A DNA stretch of 64,000 nucleotides, taken from contig OZ024741.1 of NCBI GenBank assembly GCA_964016885.1, positions 378,944,001-379,008,000 of the forward strand, read 5' to 3'. The DNA is from Eledone cirrhosa (Eukaryota). Positions 41,093-54,419 of this stretch are shown piece after piece. The notes under the pieces were generated by a model, which saw only the letters and a list, made by a program, of their open reading frames with translations, was not told where the DNA came from and made no database searches. The position numbers and the translations under genes were made by a program. Numbering within the stretch: position 1 is the first letter of the stretch; every line of letters starts with the position of its first letter.

Positions 41093-41095
<3 letters not shown>
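39841..41095. repeat. Three miniature fold-back derivatives of the family D terminus (39841-40022, 40680-40852, 40902-41095)
   Basis: Each is TA-flanked and palindromic; 40902-41015 is a near-perfect ~115-bp palindrome centred at ~40958. Confidence 0.85.
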
Positions 41096-41145
<50 letters not shown>

Positions 41146-41337
41146 AGTGTGTGTGTGTACGTGTGTGTTTGTAGCTGTGTGTACATGTGTGTGTGTGTTT
41201 GTATTTGTATGTGTATTTGTGAGTGTGCCTATCGGAGTTCACCAAATTGAAATAAGAATTCATTAATTCAAAAGATTGAGAACCACTGGCTTAGCGTAAC
41301 ATTTATAACGGTATCTTCTTTTACTTTATATTCTTAA

Positions 41338-41528
41338 GGGCGGTGAATTGGCAGTATCGGTAGAGGGTTGGACGCCATGCTTTCTAGCATAATTACGCCC
41401 ATTTACAATCTGAGTTCAAATCCCGCCGAGGTTAACTTTGCCTTTCCTCCTTACGGGGTCGATAAAATAAAGTACCAGGAATGTGCTGGCTAATTGCTCG
41501 CCTTGTGCCTAAAGTAGAAACAATTATA
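41338..41528 (+). mobile_element. tRNA-derived SINE with Meta-like central domain, full length
   Basis: A box tggcagtatcgg, B box gagttcaaatcc, central gcctttc.tccttacggggtcgataaaataaagtaccag, tail ccttgtgcctaaagtagaaacaatta; about 12 copies in the window. Confidence 0.88.
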
Positions 41529-42874
41529 TTCTTAACGACATGATTATAAACCATTGACATTTTCTAGTGATATTTCTACAACTGTTGTACTTCATTTAGT
41601 AATATTTTCATTAACATCATTATTCAAGAAAGAAACTCACAATTCATCTCATTCTGTGAATGTATATACTATAATAACGTGAAAATATACCGTAACATCT
41701 TTTATTCAGATATTTAATGGATATACTTATTCTATTGTTTCAAGTTTGAGCATCCGAATCTATTGATACATATAGCGTGTAAATTCAGTAACATTTATTT
41801 TCGTACTTGTTTTAATTCATTCACAAGAACCAGAATTCACACATTTTAATGTGTACCTCTACTACATTTCAATAAATCGTAGATATTATGTTTAAAAGAC
41901 TTTACTAATGGCCTTACTATATATAACTTTACATTGAATATTCGATATCGTGTTGAGCATCATTTTCTATTTTTAAGAAAAATGTACTTATTTACAACTT
42001 AATTGTTGTCGCAAACATTTGCTCCACCCTTCTCTATGGAGAGGCAACCTAATGAAATCTATTTACATTGTTTTAGATTTCAAATAATGAACGGGTGTGG
42101 TCAATGTAAAGTACATATGTAGAATGATCGCACTATCTTCCGTATATCATAGTGAGGAAGTGGAAAATAATACCAGGACCGACGCCGGAGATATTTAAAT
42201 CCGTTTCAAATAAAGACGACACTATTCATTTTTCTAAAATTTGAAAAGTCTTCCACGACATAAATTCGCATTAGGCCAGCAGTCATGTGAAAAATGTACA
42301 TCAAATATTTGAAAATCACGTTCAAACTTACAACATTTTTATTGTTATTGCTGATTAGTTTATATTGTGCATCATATCAATAATCTAAGTAATTTACCAG
42401 TTTCAAAGCAGTATACATTTCTCTACTTAATCATTATTTTGATTTTAAACGCGTTGGCTCTTTTATTTTCGTGCTTTGTTTGACATATTTGTTTGGATGT
42501 GCACCTGAAGAACAAGGAGACTAGGGGTAATGGGCGTGTGCTTGTGTGCATTTGCTATGATATGACAACTTGAAAATGATGTGCATTTTAATTGCTAGAA
42601 TTTACAAGATTCACATTAAAAAGAATCATATAAAGATATACCTGATTGGTATGAAACTTAATAAAATATCATACATTCTTAATGTTCTTGCAATCTATAT
42701 GTTAAGACCATTTTGTAACAATGTTTTCATCCTCTTTGTTTGTAAAATGTTATAGCTGATAAAAGAGATCAACAGGTTCTTAGCGTTGTATACAGTTTTG
42801 TGATAGGTTATTGTTTATAGAAATAGATTGACCACATTCTTCTGACGTATTATACACACACACACATAAAACAA

Positions 42875-43034
<160 letters not shown>

Positions 43035-44130
43035 GATTTCAATCAACTGTGTTCCTTTTCGAATAAAAATACTATTTGTGCCAAGATAGTAGAAAGATAC
43101 ATTTTTCTAAAAATATTTTTTGACATTTTTTTTTAATTTGGGAATCAATTTGATTTTTTTTTTTCTGAATAACATAAACACAATATATATATATGAGATA
43201 TACGTTAATAGTTGTATATACTTTGTGGCCTGTTTAAAGAGTGCTTTTACATTTAAGGCCATATATTTCTCTTAGTGATAGTAATAATATACATTATTTT
43301 GACATTCACGGTTGATAATGCAATTGAAACGAATAACTGAATGACCAAAGTTAATGTGTTTTGCAACTTGTATATTAGTCTATTATCACACATCAGTGAA
43401 ATGTTAACGTGATTGTATCTGCAGCGCCTGGAAAAGTGTGCAACAAAGTAAAACTAACAATATTGTAAGTGTTTTAATTTCTTTGTTGTGGTTGAATACA
43501 TTTCTACGTCTTTGTGGTTTTCCGTACAATCATGGTCTGGATATTTATGGACATTTATACGAGAGTTGTTGAAAATCATAAATGGTTAAATCTATGGGGT
43601 GTCACATTATCATCTGGCAGATTATAATTATTATCCTACCATTGTCTCTAATAACACGTTCCAGTTCAAATCACGTAAAGTGATTGCATCATTGCACCAA
43701 CACATGTATCTGCCGATACTTTTCACAAGCATTCTGCTGTCGTTTTTCACGATTAGCTGCATGCCAGTTCTATCCAAACGACCACATTATCACATGCGGG
43801 GTGTTTACTTCGTTGTTAGTGAATTTATGCGAGATCAAAAGAAAAGAAAATAGAATAGATAAAAAGAATATTGATGAACGAAGAAAATCATATGAAATAA
43901 AGAATCGATGCCTACCGTCAGAATATCCATCAAAATATCGTTACAACGTTAGTAGCAACATGAGATTTCATAACGGGGGCATTTATTATAAGTCACCATT
44001 CTATGATATTCCATTCACAGTAAATAGACATATGCATATAATTATGGCATTATAGCAACGACCATTGGGAATATTCTTTGACGATTTTTCTCAATTTTAC
44101 TTTTAATGTTATCACTAGACGTTTCAAAAA

Positions 44131-44293
44131 TAATTGTTTCTACTTTTTGGCACAAGGCCAGAAAATTACCCAGTACATTACTGGTACTTTATTTTATCGA
44201 TCCCGTAAGGATGAAAGGCAAAGTTAACCTCGGCGGGTTTTGAACTCAGACCATAAAGGGCGGTAACTCTTTGCTGCAAAGCATGGCGTCCGA
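44131..44293 (-). mobile_element. MetaSINE
   Basis: Same family as 41338-41528. Confidence 0.85.
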
Positions 44294-45176
44294 CAAAAAT
44301 AATATAGTATTAAAAGTATTATCTTCGAATGTTTTCTAAAGGAAAATGGAACAATTTTGACTTCAACTATTTTTTTAATATGACCAATATAACATTTCTA
44401 ATCATGATCGTTTCGGCAAGATTCATGACTCGTGAGTAATATTCATTTTCATCTAACTACATTGAGTTACATTGTTTAGAACATTTTTGCTAGGTATTCA
44501 AACAATTTTTGTCAACACGATACCCTGCCATAACGGATATAAACTTTCGTATTCCAGGCTATAAATGTTATGGGGAATTAAGATACAGGGCTCATCGCAA
44601 AACAACATTTATGTTTGACAATTTAAAACTACGAATATGCTATATTCGTAAGAAGATGATCAAAATGTGTGTTTAACTAGCATTATCAAAGTGATAAATT
44701 GAAACAATAGTCAAAATTAGCTGCAATGAGAAAAACTTGCTTTCGATGGTTAATGTAAACATGTATGGGACGAAGAATCACAATATTTGCTGCATATGTA
44801 TCCATTGTTGAGCGACCCTCAACACATTATCTACGAACATATTTTAAAGTAATTATATAATGTCATTCATAGTTCTAAATCATGAAGTGTGTTTTGCAGT
44901 GACACCCGAACTCCAGTGTTCATTGATGTAATTTAGAAAAGGAAGCTACCGAGGTGAATACTTCCAACCCCATGTTGACCCTCACTGAAATATTAAAATA
45001 TCTTTAGTAGATGATGACTCCCCTATAATATTGATGTTGCTGGGCCTCAAATTAACCTTAATATATTCATTCTGTGAATAAAGGTATTTCATGTAAGACA
45101 ATCATATACTTTAATGGGTATGGCAGAATTAATTATACACACATGTCCCCAATTATTTCCGGAGAAAAGTGATATC

Positions 45177-45359
45177 ATTGTTTCTACTTTTGGCACAAGG
45201 CCAGCAATTACCCAGTGTATTACTGGTACTTTATTTTATCGACCCCATAAGGATGAAAGGCAAAGTTAACCTCGGCGGGATTTGAACTCAGAATGGAAAG
45301 GGCCGCAACTCTTTGCATCAAAGCATGGCGTCCGACCCTCTACCGATACTGCCAATCCA
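45177..45359 (-). mobile_element. MetaSINE, near full length
   Basis: Same family as 41338-41528. Confidence 0.88.
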
Positions 45360-47492
45360 TGATAGTGGACAGATTACTAGTTGTAGCGTGTAAGACATTG
45401 AGGCCCTGACGTGGTTGCTATTGTGGTTAGCAAGTGTAATATGTTAGTACTGGAATGAACCATTATATTTTCGACTCCATCGCTTCCATGCTTTTCTAAA
45501 TACTTTTCTATAATCTTAAGATTCCTGAGGGGAAAAGCAAATGAAAGGACGTGTTTTTACAAATGTCACAATGATATACATTCAGTAAATTTTCATGAAA
45601 AAATAAGAATTAAATATATTTGTAATTTGATGTATCGAAACAGTATTTTAATATAACTTGCAAAAAGATAAATGATAACTGCAAATGTGACCTGTCTCCT
45701 AGCGGCAGCTTCTATTCGTAATTCGAACCCAGAAAATTATTGTTATCGTTGTTCCATTTCCTAACGCATTTAGTTACTTGTATGTTTCGTCGACCTCCAT
45801 CTCGACATCTCTTCATAAACTGGTCATATAATTTGTTTCATTAAAATGTTTGTAAACTAAATCTGAATAAGCTACTCGTCGTGTTGTTCCAGAGAATTCT
45901 GCCAATCCATCTCTTGCCAATGGCAACGTAGTGATTTTTAAGAAACAATATCTATGTCTAAACGATAAACAAGAAACTGAGGAGAAGCTTTTAAGTTGAT
46001 CTATAAATTTGCATTTCTGAATAGCCATATTGATTTTAGCATTAAGTCAAGTTAGACTGAACCTGACAATAACAACATTGTTTTTATTAGAAATGGCTTA
46101 AACTTCCTTGTTAATGTGATTAAATTAAAATTGAAAAGTAATCTATTAGTGTCTCCGATGAGTTTATTTCATTTCATTTCTAAGTTACTTTATGAACAAG
46201 AGTAAATATATTTGTCAAGGGTTCTGACACAAATTGGCACGACTACTTAATAAAGTTGCTTTCTATTCTTTATTTCACTTTTCCTACGAGCTCCAAAACA
46301 GCTCTCAGTTTAATTTTAAGACGAAGTAAAAAATAAAAGATAGATTAAATATCTCAAATCAATCTCTCGACTGTCTTTTCACCGATATATAAATTAAAAT
46401 GTACTGTTTGTTTATAAGTGTTTCGTTCTATATATTTATATATTATTATGATATTTTGTTCATATAATATTTGTTTATTCATTCATTCGGATGAAGACAT
46501 TTCAGATGGCAGCTTATTTCAAAGTATAAGATTAGTTCATATTTTGAAATTTGGAACCAACGTAAATAACGATTTTGATCGATGTTTGTGAGAGCCGGGA
46601 AAGGTTGTAAATATTGAATATTGAAGTGACCAAGGAAATGTAATTCAGAGTTTAGTGAGCTCATGTAGATATAGCTGATAGAGGAAATGGTAGAATATAA
46701 TAAATATTGGTTGTAATATATTTTTGTAGAATATTAATTGTAGCTCTGTTTGAACAAACGAGGTAGTTGATATTTCAGTAAAAATACTTCGCATCCTTGG
46801 CAACTGATATGGACGACATGAATGCCTGGAAATGTGAGATTATATATAAATAATTCCAATCTTCAGAACGAAGTTTCAGTTAATTCAATAGACTTAAAAT
46901 TACTGAAGGGCTATAGACGAATGATGTGGGTCTTGTGACACGGAAGTAAACAGGCTTGGTGATTTCTGTAAACATAGGTTCTGTCAGAGTGAGGTTGGTG
47001 CATTGAATGGATACATGAGAAACAGAATAATAATTTGTATGGGTAATTATATTTAGCTCATTTTAATATCATTGCCTGAGGCTTTTGAATAGGTGCAAGG
47101 AAATGTTGTACACACCAGTAGTGAAGGGAACCTTAGAATGATCCACTATCCATAAATATGTATTATTGTGCAACTGGGCTCTATTACAAACGTTGTAATG
47201 TATCTAATTTCACAAATATAATGACATCATGAATAAGGAAAGGTAATACACGAAGAAGTAATGTAATATCCTTTTATTACGCTGATAAAACACTATACCA
47301 TTATAAATGCATGAAACAAAGTAAACTCCACTAACCTCATGCACCCGGAAGTGTTATTACTATCTGAACTAGAACAAATACGTTACCGGTGAAGAACCAA
47401 GGCACTTTAGCGTAGCACATGCACATGTGAGGATATATTAAAAGTTTAAATATTTCCTGTCATTTAAAAGATTAGGATATACCGGAACGAGA

Positions 47493-47608
<116 letters not shown>

Positions 47609-48393
47609 TTAGTCTTGAACGTCTCTTCATAGATTTGAATATTATAACGTTATCGTACAACAATATATTGAAACGTAATTTTAGATAACCTGTTATTATT
47701 TCATATACGAGTACAGTCTATCTTCATCTTTTGAGCCAAATAGTGATTATATGCTCAATCGTACTAGCCACTGTAGTTAACAGTCTGATATCCCCAACGC
47801 ACACGCACTAACATCATAAATACATGGGTAATAAATGTACGATATTAATTCAGGTATATCAATCTCTGGGTGTCTGTAAGATCTTCGATGGTGGATCTGC
47901 TCAAAGCCGACATTAATCACTGTTAATTACCATTGAGTAAGATTATAAACAACAAAAAGTAATCTTAAACAGATCCATTCTTTAGGCTGCATGCTTTTCG
48001 ATACAAGCTTATTATCGTGTTCCTTGCCTTTCGTCTTCATTGGACCTATCATTCATTATGAAGTTCTAGTGAAGTCGTATTGACATGCAGCGTTTGTTGG
48101 ACGTTTTAAACCCGGGAGAACAATCTTTAAATACGGCTTATTTCTTCCGGAGAAACTTTATGATAGAGAGGAAGTGAGGAATATATCTATACGAAGAATC
48201 CACCCCAGTATTAGACTGGTAATTTTCAGAGAACTCGAATGGAAGGACAGCAAACATGACCTTGGATTTGAACTCAGTGCAGAGAGAGCCAGAATTAATA
48301 CCTCAAAGTATTCTGTCCGAGTTTCTAAGGTTACTGTTAATAAAGACGCAACCTATCTTCAGATATACATGAATAAAATTGGTGTTGCTCTCT

Positions 48394-48585
48394 AGGATTG
48401 GCAGTATCGATGGAGCGTCGGACAACATAGAGTTACGGCCCTCTACGATCTGAGTTCAAATCCTGCCGAGGCCAGCGTTGCTTTTCATCCTTACGACGTC
48501 GATAAAATAAAGTACCAGTAAAGCACTCGTCGACTTTCCATTCCCCACAATTGTTGGCCTTGTGCCCAAATCAGAAAACAATATA
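48394..48585 (+). mobile_element. MetaSINE-related subfamily copy
   Basis: A/B boxes, Meta-like domain, extra cgactttccattccccac segment before the tail. Confidence 0.8.
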
Positions 48586-49751
48586 TTACTGTTTTGTTGT
48601 TTAACAAACAAAACATTCCTATCATCCATATGATGCGCTTTATATGATAAAATGAATAATGCATGGAAATGAAAAGGAATCATATATTACAAAAATGAAA
48701 TGAAGTTAATTCAGAGAGCAGTTTAGCAATGCTCCTAAGATATATTCTACATATTTATATCCAGTACAAACGGAATAACACTGCGACAGAGATACACAAG
48801 TTTTAAATGTTGATCAATTAACTGGGAATTTATTATACGGCCTTTTGATCTTCTGGCTGAAGCCACTAGCTCATTCAATCAAGACACACAGTACATCTTA
48901 CAGCGTTACAACACACTGAATAATGTATGTTCCCAATCAACAAACATGAAGACGGTGAAGATCTCTCCTTTTTGATAGCTGATTTGCTTCCTAATCCATC
49001 TTATTCTGAACGTATATGATCGACTGAAAATCCTATGAAAACTCTCAAATAGAATTACTGTTCAGTAGCAATTATAATGCTAGTATGTGTTTATGACTAT
49101 ATTGTCACAATGAATATATTTTCAAATACAGTCAAAAACATTCATTTTCTGTTATGTAGGCAACAGTTTTTTTTCATTATGAATATCACACTGAAAACAA
49201 ATTTTATCTCCCAAACAGACCTAAGAGATAAGAAGAAAATCTATTCTCAAGTGATTGCTGTGGAATGCAATGCATTAGCAAATACCACGCTTGGATAATT
49301 CTGGATGAACAAGTAATAGAAAAAGTCAAAACCTGTTCTTCATTTGAAAGTAATGACAAAATAAAAATACAAGCATACTAGAAACGTTGGTCTCATATGT
49401 GTCGTAGTACAGTATATGATAAAACTGAATGATAAAATAAATGAATGTTAATGCATAACTGAATATTTCCCAATCGTTACTTAATATTTATGATCCAATG
49501 TATATAGTTATATATTCAACCATTCAGCCTTCATATCACAATTCACATTCATACCAAATCTATTCCTGTAATAATAATTCAATTGCTGGAGGAATAATTA
49601 TAAAACAATGCATATGAGTGAATATATTACTCGGGCGTTATTCACACATATGATCGATTTGTAGATGAAAATAATTTCTCTTTTATGCACAATGGATTCG
49701 TTCCTGGTTTAGGTATCCGTGCATACTTAATCAGACATATTCACTCTGCAG

Positions 49752-49973
49752 ATAATTGCAGAATTAACACAGTGAAAGTGCAGATACATTAGAGCTGAAG
49801 GGAGATATAGACCTTTTCCCAACACATGGATAGAAACAGGGAATAATTGGAAGCAAGTTAAATGCCCTTATACTATCATAGATCTTACTAAAAGCATCGC
49901 TGCGATTGCACACGAAATATATCATCTCTCTAGAGGCCAACCTTGGAATGAGAACCATAATAATTCTGTATAA
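49752..49973 (+). other. Possible orphan terminal coding exon or pseudo-exon (unidentified protein)
   Basis: Acceptor-like ttcactctgcag, then IIAELTQ*KCRYIRAEGRYRPFPNTWIETGNNWKQVKCPYTIIDLTKSIAAIAHEIYHLSRGQPWNENHNNSV*; protein-like composition in otherwise AT-rich unique DNA. Confidence 0.3.
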
Positions 49974-50308
49974 ATTTACTATTCGAAATCCTATGCTAAA
50001 AGCATTTGTATCAGAAATGGAATGATTTTTTTTTTAAATCTTAAAATGTTCCTCGCATTATAAAATTGAAATAAAAGGAGATATCACAAAGATCTCCAAC
50101 CGTAACGACAGATGTAAAGTAAATTGCATATATGTATACTATCCGGCGCGATGAACCATGAAGCATCTCCGGATATGTGTTTTCAGATCTCAATAGGAGG
50201 TAAGTTTTTTAATGATTGAAGAAAAGAATTCCACAAAAAATTAAAATAAGAATGGGGAAATATTTAGAAATGTATTTTACAATTTTGTTTTACCATCCAA
50301 TACAAATA

Positions 50309-50500
50309 TAATTGTTTCTACTTTTGGCACAAGGCCAGCAATTATCCCAGTGTATTACTGGTACTTTATTTTATCAACCCCGTAAGGATGAAAGGCAAAG
50401 TTAACCTCGGCGGAATTTGAACTCAGACCTTAAAGGGCCGTAACTCTTTGCTGAAAAGCATGGCGTCCGACCCTCTACCGATACTGCCAATCCACCGACC
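50309..50500 (-). mobile_element. MetaSINE, full length, with short duplication of the head
   Basis: Same family; taccgata(c/t)tgccaatc repeated at 50476-50520. Confidence 0.88.
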
Positions 50501-51080
50501 CACTACCGATATTGCCAATCATCTAATACAAATATAATATCCTGAAACTTGATACATAACCGAAATTTTAACCAGAGTATCCCATATAGTAATACTTAAA
50601 TTCTGTAGCTAACATACAATCTTGAGTCTTTACACAAAAAATAAAACTAAACCTACATAGATATTTTAAACTCTGTAAACCATAAGTCTAGACATAGCCC
50701 CAGTATATCACTTTCTCTAAAAAAAAAAAATTCCCATTGAAGGTCGGACGAAGGAAACTAGCTTTGATAGCAAAATTACTTTATAAATCCACCCACACAT
50801 ATATGCATAGAAGAGGGAAACTCTAAAAAAAAAAACCTGCGGCCTCGGAAGCATCCGATGATGTTGACCAGCTCTCCTTTTCGGGTAGTGTTTTCGATGC
50901 ACAGAGAGTGGGATTGGTCGAGTGCAAGTCCTTTTCCCACTTCAAAAACATTCAAAGCACAGGCATTGCTTGTTCAGGATATGTTACAGGTTTGTGTGAC
51001 TGGCCGTACACCAAACTCTACAACCTTCCAAGCAATTTCAGTACTCTTAGCAGAGTTTGCAGCCAGAATATATATATATA

Positions 51081-51596
51081 TCAATTATATTAGATAAATG
51101 GAAACTATAGTTATAAAACTATATTTATTCTATTATATATATTTCCAGGGTACCAAAACTGTGGTACGTTCTCATCAGATAAAATACAAAGTTTGTTTTA
51201 TAAATATAGACATATCCAGGACGCAGATCTTAACTGTTCAAGTTGTTCCTGTATAGTAAAAGGAAAGAATGGACAGAGAAGAAAAGTCAAATATTTCAAA
51301 TTATTAATATGAGTATGCAAATGAGGTTGAGGGAGCCCTATACCTCAACCTCATTTGCATACTCATCTTAATAATTTGAAATATTTGACTTTTCTCCTCT
51401 TTCTCTTCTTTAATTTTACTCTCCAGGAAAAACTTGAACCATTAAGATCTTCGTCCTGGATATGTCTATATTTATAAAACAAACTTTGTATTTTATCTGA
51501 TGAGTGCGTACCAAAGTTTTGGAACCCTTGAAATATATATAACAGAATAAATATGGCTTTATAAATATAGTTTCAATTTATTTAATAGTATTGATA
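51081..51596. mobile_element. ~515-bp non-coding hairpin element with an HHR in each arm (51126-51186 minus, 51489-51549 plus)
   Basis: ~250-bp arms with a 10-nt loop at 51333-51342; both arms keep CTGATGA...GAAA-tatat-ATA with helix I tattttat/a(t/c)agaata. Confidence 0.85.
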
Positions 51597-51692
51597 CTAT
51601 ACTACAGAAAACTTGTCGACTGCATCGAATCTATTATAAACATATATATTTGTTGAATTACCAACAAATTAAATATCCCTTTTGCTTATATA

Positions 51693-51777
<85 letters not shown>

Positions 51778-52065
51778 TATGAAGAGAGAAGAAACATTTT
51801 GATATAATTAGTAATAAAATGTATCTTACCTAAACTGTTCCTAGATTCCTCGACTACGTAATTTCGTGGCATAAACAAAAACAAAACATCATAAAGATAT
51901 AGAGTCCTTGCGAGGTCTGCCGACTTATCAAGAGGATACCTCATTTTACTAGCTTCAAGAACTCTGTTTCTCGACCGTTATATCGCGTGACTATCTCTCC
52001 CTCCGCCTTTTGGGATTCTTTCTCACGTCGTGTAGACGCGTTCTTGAAGCTAGTAAAATGAGGTA

Positions 52066-52155
52066 TCCTCTTGATAAGTCGGCAGACCTCGCAAGGACTC
52101 TATATCTTTATGATGTATTGTTTTTGTTTATGCCACGAAACTACGTAGTCGAGGA
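52066..52155 (+). ncRNA. Type I HHR, U3-A8 core variant, GUC site (cut after 52150)
   Basis: tcctc-TTGATAA-gt(c)ggca...tgccac-GAA-ACTACGTAGT-C-gagga; 10-nt palindromic helix III. Confidence 0.82.
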
Positions 52156-52658
52156 ATCTAGGAATAGTTTAGGTATGATACATTTTATTACTAATTATAT
52201 CTAAATGTTTCTTCTCTCTTCATAATGTATTTTTAACTCTGATACTGGTCCAGTCTAGTTCAACCGGATTGGTCTGTCCCAGTCATTCATTGAGCAACAT
52301 CGGTGAGGTTGGCACCATTAACTCACGGTTGGGTGTGGATGCATTCATGTATATGTGTGTGTCCGCATGTATCTGTGTGTTTCTAAATATATTGTTTATA
52401 ACTTCCTCTGGTCGAGTAATCTTCGAAGTGTGCTGACTGCTGGAAAGCAGCCATTACTCATACTTCTCGCCCCCTTCACCACCTATTCTACGGCTTCGAT
52501 ATAAATACCCCCTCCGCCTCCGTGGTATTTTCTTCGGGGTTATAAGAGGCTTAGCTCTGTATCTCGACCGTTATATCGCGTGACTATCTCCCCCTCCGCC
52601 TTTTGGGATTATTTCTCACGTCGTGTAGACGCGTTCTTGAAGCTAGTAAAATGAGGTA

Positions 52659-52748
52659 TCCTCTTGATAAGTCGGCAGACCTCGCAAGGACTCTATATCT
52701 TTATGATGTATTGTTTTTGTTTATGCCACGAAACTACGTAGTCGAGGA
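52659..52748 (+). ncRNA. Second tandem copy of the U3-A8 HHR (cut after 52743)
   Basis: Identical by eye to 52066-52155; a third, inverted copy lies at 51847-51936. Confidence 0.82.
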
Positions 52749-52983
52749 ATCTAGGAACAGTTTAGGTATGATACATTTTATTACTAATTATATCTAAATG
52801 TTTCTTCTCTCTTCATAATGTAGTTTTAACTCTGATACGGGTCCAGTCTAGTTCAACCGGATTGGTCTGTCCCAGTCATTCATTGAGCAACATCGGTGAG
52901 GTTGGCAACATTAACTCACGGTTGGGTGTGGATGCATTCATGTATATGTGTGTGTCCGCATGTATCTGTGTGTTTCTAAATAT

Positions 52984-53039
<56 letters not shown>

Positions 53040-53904
53040 TGATTTACAGTTCTGTTCATTTATCTACTTATTATTTATTATTTGATGTAGTGATGTGGAT
53101 GATGTTGCTACTGCTATTTTTTTGTTGTTTATGGTGATGTAGCTGTTATAAATTTGGTTAATGGTATCGTAAGTGTAACAGTTGCTGTTGGACACCGATG
53201 GGTGATTCAAACATGAGACGAATCTTCAACGGTACGAAATTCCTCAATACCCTGCTAATGAGTCATTATCCCTATCACAACCTTAACTTTCTGATCTTGA
53301 ACGCTTGGCTAACGCTTTTATACCTCCCACACAAGCACGTACATATATAAGCACTTCCGCAATAGAATACTGAGGCATAACCACAGATACATAAACGCAA
53401 ATATCTATATGCGTACATGTTTAGGCATGCCTACGCAATCAAAATCCTACACATACATCTACGCAAATAATAGGGCCGATGTCCTTATATACCAAACATT
53501 TCATAGAGCACCTCAAAACCATTATTTTTTATTGAATAACTATTCTGACAAGGAGTTCAATATTGCAGTCGGGTCCATAAATGCCATGGGTGAAGAACTT
53601 GTGCCAGCACTCAGCGAAACGCGTGTAACTGGTCGATGCACAATAACATCATAACTTATTTTAAGTTGGACGATAAAGTTCACCTGATATCACATATAAA
53701 TTAAAATTGACATTTCTGTAGCCGATTTCATTCGTAGAAAGAATGAGATTTTCTCTTATGCTTGATATATTTTAATACTTCTATATGTAGATAATCAATG
53801 TATTAATATATCCTGTCCTTTCATTGAGATGACTACGTATTAGAGGTAGTTAAGTTAACTTTATAAAGTTATAAATTAACATTACACACACGCACACAAG
53901 CACG

Positions 53905-53945
<41 letters not shown>

Positions 53946-54291
53946 ACACATACACGCACACACACACACATGTGTATATATATATGAACAACGTAAAATA
54001 AATATGAGTTCCTGTGTCCACGCATCGCCAGGTATCTTAGCTGAGAATGACTCCGTGATGACGAAAAGGTTTCTCAATGTACTACATGCATATCCCTTTG
54101 CAGAAACTAATTAGTTGGAGTGAAATTTAAGTAAGTAAGCTAATTACTATAATTTTCTTATTTTACGTTTTTCATATAATTCTTCTGCATCCCCTTGCAT
54201 TGAACCACAAAGTTACTAAGGCAAAACCTAAATATTTGCTTGCATAGGTATACATCTGTATATATATGCTGGTAGATATACTAATTCTTTA

Positions 54292-54411
<120 letters not shown>

Positions 54412-54419
54412 TATATAAT

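Larger units (their letters stand above)
51773..52988 (+). mobile_element. Retrozyme-like non-coding element: inverted partial arm plus 1.7 tandem 593-bp units, between (TA)n tracts
   Basis: 51775-51961 is the reverse complement of 52041-52228; 51963-52396 is repeated at 52556-52988 (offset 593); three HHRs. Confidence 0.85.

Noticed and set aside
52010-52797. Duplicated 64-aa ORFs; also the inverted pairs 54451/56946 and 58630/60157
   Set aside because: Arise from repeat duplication; no protein motifs; two of the three pairs overlap HHR structure or start at TTG/GTG
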